Shown here one piece after another: positions 24,605 to 38,249 of a stretch of 64,000 bases of DNA. Source of the stretch: Rhynchobatus australiae (Eukaryota). Made by a program: the position numbers and the translations under genes. The notes below the pieces were generated by a model that had not been told where the DNA came from, searched no databases, and was given only the letters and a program-made list of their open reading frames with translations. Where the stretch lies: assembly GCA_034780895.1 (NCBI GenBank), contig JAUZTB010000001.1, forward strand, positions 116,699,062 through 116,763,061, read 5' to 3'. Position 1 is the stretch's first letter, and each line of letters begins with the position of its first letter.

Positions 24605-25785
24605 TAACAGCACAAAAAATGCTGGAGCAAGTCAACGGGTTAGGCAGCATCTACAGAGGGAAATGGACAGTCAATGTTTCAAGTTAAGACCTTTATCAAG
24701 ACTGGGAAGAAAGAGGGGAGAGAGCCAGCATAAAAAGGTGGGGGGGAAGAGCTGGTNNNNNNNNNNNNNNNNNNNNNNNNNNNNNNNNNNNNNNNNNNNN
24801 NNNNNNNNNNNNNNNNNNNNNNNNNNNNNNNNNNNNNNNNNNNNNNNNNNNNNNNNNNNNNNNNNNNNNNNNNNNNNNNNNNNNNNNNNNNNNNNNNNNN
24901 NNNNNNNNNNNNNNNNNNNNNNNNNNNNNNNNNNNNNNNNNNNNNNNNNNNNNNNNNNNNNNNNNNNNNNNNNNNNNNNNNNNNNNNNNNNNNNNNNNNN
25001 NNNNNNNNNNNNNNNNNNNNNNNNNNNNNNNNNNNNNNNNNNNNNNNNNNNNNNNNNNNNNNNNNNNNNNNNNNNNNNNNNNNNNNNNNNNNNNNNNNNN
25101 NNNNNNNNNNNNNNNNNNNNNNNNNNNNNNNNNNNNNNNNNNNNNNNNNNNNNNNNNNNNNNNNNNNNNNNNNNNNNNNNNNNNNNNNNNNNNNNNNNNN
25201 NNNNNNNNNNNNNNNNNNNNNNNNNNNNNNNNNNNNNNNNNNNNNNNNNNNNNNNNNNNNNNNNNNNNNNNNNNNNNNNNNNNNNNNNNNNNNNNNNNNN
25301 NNNNNNNNNNNNNNNNNNNNNNNNNNNNNNNNNNNNNNNNNNNNNNNNNNNNNNNNNNNNNNNNNNNNNNNNNNNNNNNNNNNNNNNNNNNNNNNNNNNN
25401 NNNNNNNNNNNNNNNNNNNNNNNNNNNNNNNNNNNNNNNNNNNNNNNNNNNNNNNNNNNNNNNNNNNNNNNNNNNNNNNNNNNNNNNNNNNNNNNNNNNN
25501 NNNNNNNNNNNNNNNNNNNNNNNNNNNNNNNNNNNNNNNNNNNNNNNNNNNNNNNNNNNNNNNNNNNNNNNNNNNNNNNNNNNNNNNNNNNNNNNNNNNN
25601 NNNNNNNNNNNNNNNNNNNNNNNNNNNNNNGTGATGTCTTGGGGGGGGGGGGCGCGTGCCAGAATTGGTGAATGCAGATGTGTGGGGAATAGGTGAGGCT
25701 GAGGGCTACATTGATAGCAGTGGGGGAGGAGCCCCGTTTTCTGAAAAAAAAGGACATCTTGGTGTCCTGGAGTGGACATCCTCTG
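24605..25785 (-). mobile_element. Penelope-like element (ORF remnant and 3' region with hammerhead-like core); middle hidden by a gap
   Basis: Minus ORF MSFFFRKRGSSPTAINVAL resembles the Penelope region between RT and GIY-YIG (MS.FF..RGFP...IN.AL); the minus-strand 3' end reads cagtcttgataaaggtcttaacttgaaacattgac...tagatgctgcctaacccgttgacttgctccagcatttt. Confidence 0.7.
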
Positions 25786-25899
25786 ACAACCCTTTTATCA
25801 ATCTGCTTATGGAAGATCTCTTTATGTTAGCTGCCAATCTGTTCTTATATTGATCATCATCCTTATTTCCTTACTACCTGCCTCTTTATTTTCATCCAG

Positions 25900-27300
25900 G
25901 TATTCTACTCTGTTACCAATCTAAATGTAAAGCAAAATTGTGCTGGCCAATCCATGAAGCTTGCACCGTTGTTGCTGAGGCATTTTTACCAACCAAGGTT
26001 GAACCTGTGGCAAATGCTGTGATCCACCAAAAAGTGACGGTTCTTGGCAATGTGACTTAATAGATAGCAAGGACCCTGCACAGATAACCATAATAAATGC
26101 CATCATATATTCAGATGTAACATAACATGCTAGATACAGACCAAAATTAGATAAACCAGGCTTGTCATATCATCCAGCCGGCAAGTGGGTTAGCATGTTA
26201 CTATTTCATGTTTTTCAAATTGTTGTAATTATACTTGATAAAGTGAAAGGGAGATCCCTTGTGCTCTGCTGAATTTTACCTCTCTTTTGTTTCTTTATTA
26301 CACCCCTTCTGGTCCTGAACCTAGAATCAATATTATTACATGGATTCTTGTGGCTTTATGGTACCACACCCAGGTACCATTCTTTGTCCCTGACATTAGA
26401 TACTGTAATTTTTGGTAAAGTATTCAACTTCAGGGGTCACATTGGAGATCACAAAATCACTCGATGAGTGTTCATTGCAATTAATTTCAATTTGGTGAAT
26501 AAATCTTATTGTCTTTCCAGTTGCTTCTTTCCAGCTCTATGTATAAGAAAAACTTCATAATATCAATCTACATTTGTCTTTCATAATTCTGAAACTGTAC
26601 CTTTTATTCTATTGCCCTAGAAAGTATAAAATTATTGGCTTATGTTTAATTTATCCATTTCTGTAATTCTCTTTTATTGCCCCCTCTTTGGTTTGATANN
26701 NNNNNNNNNNNNNNNNNNNNNNNNNNNNNNNNNNNNNNNNNNNNNNNNNNNNNNNNNNNNNNNNNNNNNNNNNNNNNNNNNNNNNNNNNNNNNNNNNNNN
26801 NNNNNNNNNNNNNNNNNNNNNNNNNNNNNNNNNNNNNNNNNNNNNNNNNNNNNNNNNNNNNNNNNNNNNNNNNNNNNNNNNNNNNNNNNNNNNNNNNNNN
26901 NNNNNNNNNNNNNNNNNNNNNNNNNNNNNNNNNNNNNNNNNNNNNNNNNNNNNNNNNNNNNNNNNNNNNNNNNNNNNNNNNNNNNNNNNNNNNNNNNNNN
27001 NNNNNNNNNNNNNNNNNNNNNNNNNNNNNNNNNNNNNNNNNNNNNNNNNNNNNNNNNNNNNNNNNNNNNNNNNNNNNNNNNNNNNNNNNNNNNNNNNNNN
27101 NNNNNNNNNNNNNNNNNNNNTCCTCCTGTGGATTGTAAACAGTTTTTACCAATGTTACCAATTTTACCATCAGTTTTTACCAATCTCTCCACTTCCAGTA
27201 ATATAGCACCAGGCCCATTAAATGTATCCTCTGTCACATGTGTTATTAATTCTGGTCCTTCACTCATTGACTACCATCATACTTCATGCAGATAACAAGA
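25900..27300 (-). mobile_element. Possible heavily decayed LTR-retroelement/ERV fossil
   Basis: Minus strand GKIGNIGKNC (zinc-knuckle-like), then after the gap SNQRG..ELQKW / KLNISQ*F / WKEA..KTIRFI resembling an integrase core; purine-rich minus strand. Confidence 0.3.
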
Positions 27301-29127
27301 CTTCAAATTGTATTGGCAGCAATGTAAGTTCCTCATCTATTTATTTTGAACATTGTTCTTACCCAAGGGTTTTCACAACAAATAATATATTCTCAATTTT
27401 TTTCATTAGTAGAGTAAAAAACATGATTATTAAGTCTTAATAGACCTCCTAATTTAATTTCCTATAACATCTCTTAATTTTTATTGATTTTGAGCACAGG
27501 CCTGTCAAAACTTGCAACATCTAATTTGTATGTCAAGAATTCATGTGAGGGAGGAATTTAACAATTGCCTTGGGATTAATTCTCAGCTCTAATATTGCTG
27601 TTCTTACAAGCAGAGAATCATTAAAAAATTGTTTTCATACTCTGTTTATGCCTCAGAACTGGCAAAGAGTGAGATTTTTGGAGCTTCTTAACCTGTTGCT
27701 TATATTTGTAGTGAGAAATGCAGTTAATGAAATGAATTTTGTTATTAATAGAAGAAGCATGTTTAAATTAGTGAAAACAATACAGTGTCATGGGTGGACT
27801 CTGGGGCACAAGATTAGTAACTTAATATATCTGGAAATGTTAGTGTTCTTTTTTCTTTTGCATCTACACTTAGATGTCTGAAAATAAAATGGATAACATT
27901 AGGCTCACTAGTGCCATTTTTAGCTGAACTTGCTTATTTGTGAATTCAAATCCATTCTGAATGTGATATAACCTCTCTCTGGATTCTGTGATTCAGTGAA
28001 GTACACATGGAAAAATACTACAACTACTAAAGGTATTTTAGTTTATCTCAATTTCTATACAAATCAATTGTTCCGTGATGAGGGTATGTTAGTAGGCATT
28101 TCTCTGGAATACAGCATGACTGGGAGAACAGGCAAAGAGAATACAACTAGATTGTACAGCATTGGAGGATCTATTCTGTTAACTAACACTGAGTGAGAAC
28201 TAATGTGTGAAATGTCTGCATTTTGATAGGATTACATAATTGTCATCCAAAATAACAACTGCCATCTCACAGAGCAGGGTGAGCACCACATTTCTATAAA
28301 GTTAGAAAGCACTGATGTTTTAAGTTGCAGAGAAGTTGGTGGGCAGAGGGGTGGAGATGTAGGTATGATATAGCATAGGGATGAGCATGGATGCGCTGGA
28401 GTCCCTTGGTGTTTGAGGGTATGAGATGGAGAGGAGCAGGCTCTCCCAAAGATCCCTTGTCTGGATCTTAAAGGTAGCAGCAGTACTAAAGGAACAGATA
28501 AAATAAAAATCCATGGGAGAGCCAGAAACTCTTTGAATTTTACAGGTAATAGAAAGATTTTTACCTTGGCAAGTAGTGACAACTTGTAATTTTTTAATGC
28601 TGACCACTTGCCATGATTTATATGGTGGCAATCTTGGTATTTATTTAAGACTACATCCATCAAGATGCCACAGCCATATTTGGACCCACAGTTGCACCTA
28701 CCTGGCAACAGCTGTTGTGGATCCTTACAGGGTCATCACTGAATGCAGTGCTTTGTCATCCAAAGTAAGAACACCCACTGTTAACGTGCCTGCTATGGGG
28801 CTGCCTAAGTGGGTGACAGATGTCAGTGCTAGCGAGTGGAGCATGTATTTATTTCTTTTCAACTAGTACCTGCCTGAACAATTAATGTTTGCACAGAATC
28901 TGTTTGCTAAATTTTATTTACTGCTTTGTCCTGAACAACAAATCCATAATTTACTGTATATATTTCCAGTGCCTACATTTGACTGTGCCTAAAGAAGGAA
29001 GAGCATATTCCTAATTCAGGCACAGCGTATTGAGTATCAGACTTAAATCCCACAATAATCAGAACTTCAATAAAACATCTATTATTGTAGAACTTGAACA
29101 ATTCCTATGTACGCTGTGAATCAAATT

Positions 29128-29203
29128 GTCCTGATGCAGGGTCTCAACCTGAAACATTCCTTCCATCCCCCCCCCCCGCCGGTGCTGCTCGGCCCCCTGG
29201 GCG
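29128..29203 (+). mobile_element. PLE-derived fragment with hammerhead-like core (CUGAUGCA variant)
   Basis: gtcctgatgcagggtctcaacctgaaacatt...gtgctgctcggcccc. Confidence 0.65.
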
Positions 29204-30249
29204 NNNNNNNNNNNNNNNNNNNATTGGTGCTACTTTTTAAAAACAGGTTTGCATTGTAGACTAATGCTAGGAACTGCTCACGAATCTCATCTGTTTGGTT
29301 TTAAACATGTAAGGACATGATGTTCTCCCACTCCTAATTGTGTGGCAGATGGCTGCGATAGCAATGAAGCCCTGCTGTGAACTGACATCCCAGGGTTTTC
29401 CATCATTGCTGTTGCACCTTTCAGAAAGTGGAGCCTCCACAACCATCTGCAAAAAAACAGCTGCAAACCAACCCCCACACGATGAGAAAACAGGCAGGTC
29501 AATGAATTAAAATGAAGCACTTCAGACCCAGGTGGATCATGAAGTAGTCTGCGACAAATGGATAACAAAGTATAAGAGGTAGCACTTTGGAGGCAATGTA
29601 AGATTAATTTAAATATCTCCAGGATTGAAGGATCTTGCAGTATCTGTTCTAACATTGGTATAAAAAACTCATTTGATCAAAATAGAATCTGTTTGAGGAT
29701 TGCATTTGCTGCCCAGATTTATAAACGTGCAACATAAATAATGGTTTGAATTAAGAAATGTAAGTGGTTTATATCTGGTATTAGGTCATATGTGTGTATA
29801 CCNNNNNNNNNNNNNNNNNNNNNNNNNNNNNNNNNNNNNNNNNNNNNNNNNNNNNNNNNNNNNNNNNNNNNNNNNNNNNNNNNNNNNNNNNNNNNNNNNN
29901 NNNNNNNNNNNNNNNNNNNNNNNNNNNNNNNNNNNNNNNNNNNNNNNNNNNNNNNNNNNNNNNNNNNNNNNNNNNNNNNNNNNNNNNNNNNNNNNNNCAG
30001 ATAAACACATATAAAGTTTTACAAACTAGGTTTTACACAACTGTGGGGAACTTTAATCCCTGTGAGTGGGCGTGTTGGGGTAAGGACAGGAGCTTTAAAT
30101 CTGCAGAGCATGCTATTGCCTCGGAAACCTGACACAAGCAATGAACAGGCTGAGACAGGGAAAGCCTCTTGGGAGGGAGGTATTCAAAACTTAAAAATGT
30201 TAATTGCTCATTAAATGACAACAGCTTTTGAAATTATTTAGGAAGCAAT

Positions 30250-31940
30250 ATTATCTTGAGCTTCCTGGACTCACCAATGGAACAATGGTGAGAACTTGGG
30301 TGGTGTTGACGGCCCACACCAACAGGAGCCTCAGGGTTTTCACAGCATCTAGACTTCTTTGAAGTCCATCATAATTGGAACCCCTGAAGAGATTCTTGGA
30401 TTCTCTACTGGAAAGCAGTAGGACAGGTTTGATTAGAATGAGTTGGAGCTAATTAACCACAAACACAAGGCCTTCTTGGATTGAAAACTCCACCACTCCT
30501 CAATGAAAAAGAAACAGCTCTGCAGGCACCTGAGGCTGAGATCCAACAGAAAAGCCATGACCTGAAGAGATGGTTGGTGGAAAGAGTGCAGGAGATCCAG
30601 TGACTTGGTGATAACCATGACATGTTTTATGTCCAATGCAAAATGATAGGGCATACACCAGCAAGGCCCCAGGAAAAGATGGCATTTCTACTGAGCAGAT
30701 CCTTCACTGTTGTTCTAAGGTCAGTTATGCCCAAACACTGAAGGACCAACCCACTGAATGCCAGGAACAGAGGGGAATTTATTAAACACAGAGAAGGGAC
30801 ATAAATTAGTGCCATGAGTACCCTTCACTCAATACAACAGCAAATTATCCATTCCATCTGCACTGCCACCTCTGTCCAACACAAAGTGAAAAGGCTATAT
30901 ACCAGCAAGGCCTGAGGAAAAGATGATATCTTTACTGATGTTCTTGAACTAGGTGGAGAGGAACATCAGTCACAAATTCATAACTTCACCCTTTGTTTCT
31001 GGGAATAGGCGGACTTGCCCGGAGGCATCAGAGACACTGTAATCCTGACCATCTTCAAGAACGGAGACAAACACAATTGTGGTAATTGAGTGGGGTCTCC
31101 ATGCTGTCTGCCAGAGGGGAGGTCAATGTTAGGGGCCTCCTCAACAACTTCCTCCTGGTGGCTGAAGAGCAGTTCCTCACATCACAGTATGGATTCCATC
31201 CATCTAGAGGCACAATGGACACAATGCTCACCATGTGTGTCCACTTCAAGAGAAATGCAGGGAGCAGCACCAGGCACCGTACTCGACTTTGTCAAAGTTT
31301 TGATACCATCAATCAAGGGGGACTGTGAAGTATCCTTCCCAAATTTGGCTGCCACAGGAATTCACTGGTGGCATGTAGGCTGTGTTAACTAATGGGTTCA
31401 TAATCTCCAGTGAACTGGTGTCAAGCAGGGCTCGTCCATTGCCTCAAAACTTCCCTCGATCTTTTTGCTATAAAGCTGCAACTCACTTCCAACAAGCTTC
31501 ATGCTGGAATGTTAGTCTACAGGACAAGTGGGAAACTGTTCATTTATGTTTTCTCCATTCCGGATCCAAGGTCACTTCAACTTCATTCATTAAACTGATC
31601 TATGTAGATGATGCTAACATATGCATGGAGGCCAAGCTCCAAGTCATTATGGACTGGCCTTACACTTAACATCTGCAAGACAAAATAAAGGTCCTCCACT
31701 GACCTGCCATTGTCCTTGATGGCTCAAAGTTGAGAAGGAGCATTCAGGATGGCTCTGAAAATCTTATGAGTTGGGAGCTCACAGAAACCCAATGTAACTG
31801 ACAGAAAGAACACAGCTATTCCCAAGTTATCATAGTAGCTGCTCTTGAGTGCCAACTGTTCTACATTGGCCTCATCAGCCACCTAAGGATTCACAAAACT
31901 AGAGCAAGCAATTCATGCTTCAGGGACTGAATCAGAAGGA
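30250..31940 (+). mobile_element. Decayed RTE-clade LINE
   Basis: KAPGKDGI (~30660), TIFKNGDKHNCGN..GVSMLS...SQYGFHPSRGTMD (~31050-31220), YVDDA (~31600), 3' cacattggcctcatcagccac and an agaagga tail. Confidence 0.8.
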
Positions 31941-32289
31941 GAAAAGGGAAGAAGTTGAATGGAGCCTAAGGAATAGTGAAGCTAATCTGCCGATGATCAC
32001 TGCAGCTTCGTCGCTACCTTCTTGATCATGTGAAAAACTTTCTTCATAGGAATTATGTTGATTCTTACCTTTGGAAACTTTAGAAGAAAAAATTCTGGGA
32101 ATTGTGTTAACTTTATGAATGTTGCTTTTCAGTTTCAACATTTGAGACTTATCTATGTTGTTCTCTGATCACTGAACTTCACTGCTTTTTGTAGCCACAC
32201 ACCATGAGTGCAGCTCACGCAGCAATATTTGGGATCTGGAGGAGGACCATGAAAGACAACTATACAGCCTTAGGCCCAGCAGCAGATTG

Positions 32290-33080
32290 CTTTTACTTAG
32301 GATTATTTATATATGATAAACAGCACAGAAGCCATACCAGTGCTTTAGTTCCACCTGAGATGGTACCTGTGTTGATTTATTTAAATCTGTTAACATAACT
32401 CTCTACTTATTTCCCTTCATATAGTTGTCCAGCCTCCCCTCAAATGCATCTATGCTACTTACCTCAAACACTCCCTGTGAGAGCAAGTTCCACATTCTCA
32501 CCACTCTGAATTCTGAATTCCCTGTTGGATCCTATGTAATTACCTCTGATTATGCTCTTCTCACAGCAGCTACATTTTCTCTGTATCCACTTCTCTTGAT
32601 CAAAACTTTAATTACCTTAAAATCCTCTGTTAGGTCAGACCTTGGCATTCTTTCCTCAAGGGAAAAGAGACTTAATCTGTTCATCCTTTCCCGATGTGCA
32701 TATGCTTGCATTTCTGGTATCATCCTTGGAAATCTCTATGCACTCACCAGTGCCTCCATTTACTTTCCATAAAAGGGCAACTGCAACTACATTACTCTAA
32801 ATGTGCTCTAACCCGTGGATCGATACAGGTTTAATTCAACATCCCTATTTGTCAATTCTGTTGCTCTGGAGAAAAACCCAAGTGCTTTGTTTTTTTTATG
32901 TCCTTGTTAACCTGTGGTGCAACTTTTCAAGATTGGTGTATTGGCACCCTGAGATCACGTTGTTCTTCCACCCCACCGAGAGTTGCACCATCTTGATCAT
33001 AAGAATTATGTTGATTTTTTTTCCTTTGGAAACTTAAGAGAAAAACTAATAAGTGACCTCCCTATTCTTTCAACCAAAAT
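32290..33080 (-). mobile_element. Decayed CR1 LINE 3' region
   Basis: aaatgcatctatgctacttacctcaaacactccctgtgagagcaagttccacattctcaccactctg, followed by antisense ORF2 C-terminal remnants. Confidence 0.7.
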
Positions 33081-33113
33081 GTTCTTTTTTGCTTTTATCT
33101 TTGTGAAATTGAC

Positions 33114-34545
33114 AGGTCTATGGTCAACGCCATCTCCTCTGACCCTACACTGATTTGTGGAGCAACTGGACAATAAAGACACCTACATTAGACTATTGTT
33201 TGTTGAGTACAGCTCCACCTTCAATACTATAATTCCAAGCCAACTCATCACTAAACTGCGAGACCTGGGACTCAACACTTCCCTTTGCAACTGGATCCTT
33301 GACTTCCTGACCAACAGACGACAATCAGTAAGGATAGGCAGCAACACCTCCAGCACAATTATTCTCAACACTGGTGCCCACAAGCTGCGTCCTCAGCCCC
33401 CTACCCTACTCCATATCCACTCATGACTGTGTGGCCAGATTCTGCTCTAACTCCATCTACAAGTTTGCAGATGATACCACCGTAGTGGGCCGTANNNNNN
33501 NNNNNNNNNNNNNNNNNNNNNNNNNNNNNNNNNNNNNNNNNNNNNNNNNNNNNNNNNNNNNNNNNNNNNNNNNNNNNNNNNNNNNNNNNNNNNNATTCTG
33601 CTCTAACTCCATCTACAAGTTTGCAGATGATACCACCGTAGTGGGCCGTATCTCAAATAACAATGAGTCGGACTACAGGAAGGAGATAGAGAGCTTAGTA
33701 ACATGGTGTCATGACAAGAACCTTTCCCTCAATGTCAGCAAAATGAAAAATGCTGGTCATTGACTTCAGGAAGGAGGGCAGTGCACATGCTGCTGTCTAC
33801 ATCAATGGTGCTGAGGTCAAGAGGGTTGAGAGATTCAAGTTCCTAGAACTGAACATCTCCAATAGCCTGTCCAAGTCCAATCATATCAACGCCATAGTCA
33901 AGAAAGCTCACCAACATCTCAACTTTCTCAGGAGGCTAAATAAATGTGGCATGTCCCCATTGACCCTTATCAATTTTTATTGATGCACTATAGAAAGAAT
34001 CCTATCCAGATGCATCACGGCTTAATATGGCAACTGCTCTGCCCATGACTGCAAGAAACTGCAGAGTGTTGTGGACACAGCTCAGCACATCACGGAAACC
34101 AGCCTCCCCTCCATGAACTGTTGTCTATACTTCTCACTGCCTTGGTAAAGCAGCCAGCATAATCAAAGACTCCACCCACACCAGACATTCTCTGTTCTTC
34201 CCTCTCCCATTGGGCAGAAGATACAAAAGCCTGAAAGCACATACCACCAGGCTCAGGGACAGCTTCTATTCCACTGTTATAAGACTATTGAATAGTTCCT
34301 TGGTACAATAAGATGGACTCTTGACCCACAATCTACCTTGTTATGACCTTGCACCTTATTGTCTAATTGCACTGCACTTCCTCTGTTGCTGTTACACTTT
34401 ATTCTGAATTCTGTTAGTGTTTTACCTTATACTACCTCAATGCACTGTGTAATGAATTGATCTGTATGAATGATATGCAAGACAAGTTTTTCACTGTACC
34501 TTGGTACATGTGACAATAATAAACCAGTTCCATTTCCATTTCCAA
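33114..34545 (+). mobile_element. Rex1/Babar-clade LINE, 5'-truncated, relatively young
   Basis: [18 protein letters not shown]...[25 protein letters not shown]...KFADDTTVVG, LVIDFRK...KKAHQ.L.FLRRL; tail aataataaaccagttccatttccatttcc. Confidence 0.9.
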
Positions 34546-36224
34546 TGAAGTGCAAACATTCGGTAGTTGTGAGTCCCATGATGGTGCACTTTCAGAATGA
34601 GTGACGTCCTTTGAGGATAAATCTACAGCATATCATCTGAATGTCTTAGACAATGAATAAAGAGCTTGTGGGATACTTAGGATAAACTGTGAAGGTAAGA
34701 CCTGTAAGATTATCGTTATCCATATGATCATTTGACCCTTTCTGTTAACTTCATTCAGACAAATGGGTGTTACATACAATGTGGTGGAATGAGATGAAAT
34801 TCTGTCACTTTGTGTCTACGGGACCCCTTGTTTCCCAACTTCAGAAAGTGATGCATTACATCTTGATGGTGATCTCCAGTGTTGTCTTTGCAGGTGAGAG
34901 TCATCTCCGATTCTCTGCCTCACATCAATGTTGTATGCACTTTTCTGTAGCAGGAAAAGACATACAAGTTAGAGTAATTGTGTGCATTGAACAGATAAGT
35001 GGAAAACATTTAGTAATGGTGGCTGAGAGGGCAAAGTGTGATATTGGACTTAATTTGGAACTTTCTTAAATGACAATTCAAGCAAGGCCAAATATGAATT
35101 TTAATCTTGGATTGATGGCCTTTTAATAACCAAAGCTAGCAAGAATATGAGGGAAAGACAGATCTTTGAATGGTGAAACTGGTGTAAGGTACTAAATAGT
35201 CTCTCCTGCTCCTGTGTTTCTAGTAGATTTAATGTTGGTGGTGGCTGGATAGATGTGCATCTGAGGGAGAGCATAGACCAAGCATTGTTACACGAGTTGG
35301 TGGGAAGTGTTGAACTGTAACATAATTAAGAGTGTAGAATTGGTTACAAGTAACGTAAACACAAGATGCAGGCAAATGCACCATCCTGCTCATCGCTAGT
35401 TGCAATATTGAACACAAGTGATAGAACCACGCCACAGATGCTGCCTTTTGCAGCTATGTTAAAACATGTCTTCTTGGTGAAGCCTGCAGGCTTCTTCCTC
35501 TCATTAGAAGAGCAAATAATTATCCTACAGGCCATAATTATCCCCAGAAAGACANNNNNNNNNNNNNNNNNNNNNNNNNNNNNNNNNNNNNNNNNNNNNN
35601 NNNNNNNNNNNNNNNNNNNNNNNNNNNNNNNNNNNNNNNNNNNNNNNNNNNNNNCCCCAGAAAGACACCTAGTGATGCTTTACTGTGGCAAGGAACAAAC
35701 TTGGTCCATCCACTGACCATTTTCTTCACCTCTGTTATGCAGCCAACTTGAGAGTCCATCAAAAGTAATCCTTTAATTTTGCCTTTAAGTTGTGGATCTA
35801 AATTGAGACATACAATGTGTCAGTGTACCAGCTCACCCTAAATGACTGGGAAATCTGGGAATGTTATGTTAATGCTATTGATATGTTAAAGCACCTTTTA
35901 CAAACACATTGGGAGAATATTTTGAGTCCCATTCATTGCTGACATCCTCAATGTGTATTGGTTAAATTTCAATCCAATACAGACGGAAGTAAACTAATTA
36001 AATCAGAAGGTATTCATATTCCATTCACTGACCTCTATACAATTTATTCCTGAAGAGAGGAGGGTGAGGTACCTATCAGTGGCTGTGAGATGTGAATGTA
36101 CCATGTGGGCAGTGATTCCACATTTATTATTTTATTCTCTGCTTCCTCTTCAGTGACCAGCCAGATTGAGAGGGTTTTCATCAGGGAGTGCAGCAACTGA
36201 TAGTGTGTGGCATCAAGAAATCCT

Positions 36225-36935
36225 GGTATAAATGGAAGTCAATGGGCATAATGGGGAAAACACTCCAATTGTGGGGTCATAGCTCACCTAGAGGAAGGTG
36301 GCTGTAGTTTCTGGGGGTCAATTATCCCAGTCCCAAGACATTGTTATGGGGAGTTACCATTGACCAGTACACCAACAGTGCCAACCACATAAATATTGTG
36401 GTCATAAGTGTATATCAGAGGCTAGGTATCCTGCAGCAAGTGACTCATCTCCTGGCATCCCAAAGCCCTTCCATCATTTCCCAGGCACACCAATGGTGTG
36501 ATGGAATAGTGCAGTTTTAACACATAAAAGGTTGAACACCATCCAGGACAAAGCAGCCCACTTGATTCACTACCCTGAATAATCATTCCCTCCACCACTG
36601 AAACACAGTGGCTGCAGTTTGTGCCATCTATAAATTGAACTGCAGCCATTCAGTTTGGCTACCCTGATAACTTCCAGCCCCCCCAACCTCCATCACCCAA
36701 AATAGGAGGGCTGGTGGAACATGGGAACGTCACCATCTGCAGGATCCCCTCTAAGTTGCACATCACTCTGGCTCAGAAATATATCATGAGTTCTTCATCA
36801 TCACTCGGTCTAAATCCTGGAATTCCCTCAAAAACAGCATTGAGGGAGTATCTTCAATTCAGGAAGGTGGTTCACCAATCCCTCAAAGGGTAATTAGGGA
36901 TGAACAATAACTCCTGGTCTTGCCATCAATGGATA
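36225..36935 (+). mobile_element. Decayed CR1/L2-group LINE, internally deleted, 3' part
   Basis: aaatcctggaattccctc...acagcattgagggag...caaagggtaattagggatgaacaataa; same family on the minus strand at 45735 and 56345. Confidence 0.65.
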
Positions 36936-37113
36936 AGTACTGTACAGAATTTGGAAAAAAGGGTCATGAGGTCCCCCAGCAATCAAGCTCATGGTCATTG
37001 ATTACAGGGTGTGGGTTTATAGCTTTGCAGAGAGGAGGGAGTTCAAAGGCAAGGGAAAGTTTACAGGATTGGGAGAGTTGCAAGGGAGGTGGGTAATTTG
37101 GAAGACTGTATAA

Positions 37114-37265
37114 ATAGAACATAGAACACTGCAGCACAGTACAGGCCCTTCAGCCCACAATGTTGCGTTGACATCTTATCCTGCTCTAAAGATCTATCTA
37201 ACCCTTCCCTCCCACATAGCCCCCTATTTTTCTATCATTCATGTGTCTATCTAAGAGTCTCTTAA
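37114..37265 (-). mobile_element. CR1 3' end running into a gap
   Basis: atagaacatagaacactgcagcacagtacaggcccttcagcccacaatgttg. Confidence 0.8.
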
Positions 37266-38249
37266 NNNNNNNNNNNNNNNNNNNNNNNNNNNNNNNNNNN
37301 NNNNNNNNNNNNNNNNNNNNNNNNNNNNNNNNNNNNNNNNNNNNNNNNNNNNNNNNNNNNNNNNNNNNNNNNNNNNNNNNNNNNNNNNNNNNNNNNNNNN
37401 NNNNNNNNNNNNNNNNNNNNNNNNNNNNNNNNNNNNNNNNNNNNNNNNNNNNNNNNNNNNNNNNNNNNNNNNNNNNNNNNNNNNNNNNNNNNNNNNNNNG
37501 TGCTAGAGAAACCCAGGTACTTATGCTAGGCCCCTGATGGGGCTCAGGTGTGTGTCGTTATGCAAACAGTCAAGCACAGAATCCATGTGCTATACAACAA
37601 GGCATTAAAGGAGCCAAATTGAGGGCCAGTACCTGGAACCATGACAGTAAGATATTAAAAGTTATAAGACTTCATGGGTTCCAGGACTACCTTTTACTGA
37701 TCTTATAGCAATGTGATATTCCTTCTTAAATATCTAACCTGGGGTAGGACAATCTAAGGATAGTGATAAAGAATCTGGGACTTCAGCTGTAAGGTGTGAC
37801 AATGTGTGTAGGTCAATGCCATATTATTGCTGGACTGGTCTATGGTTGGCTCTCCCAATTTTAATACATCCTTAGATGACAGTGACAAGGAATTTGCAAA
37901 GTCAACTGGGTTGGTGTCTTTGCAAAGCCAATGTTTGTGTTGAGACTAGGTGGTTTATCACATTCTATTCTAATGGTTCTTTAGCATGGGAGAGTTATTA
38001 GCAGCTTGTGCAGGTTCATGAGTTGCTTTGCAACTTATGGTGCCACATTTGAGGCTGTAAGGTCAGCCAGTGGCTTGCATTGTGCAAAATCTAGAACATC
38101 GACCCTTTTGACTTTATTGCTGCAGTACATTCTAATAAGAGTGTTGCAAAAGAACCAATCTCAAATAAAAAAATGTTCCAAATCAGTTGAATTGTCTTAA
38201 ATGATACTGCACAGCAATCTGGAAAAGAGGAAGGTAAAGCAATTCCAAT

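Noticed and set aside
24576-25779. Long ORFs of 150-366 aa in the ORF track (also at 12.1, 19.9, 26.6, 38.9 and 53.1 kb)
   Set aside because: Their length comes from N runs translated as X.
28650-28765. Further candidate exon ending AAA|gtaaga
   Set aside because: Weak acceptor and no recognisable peptide in any frame.
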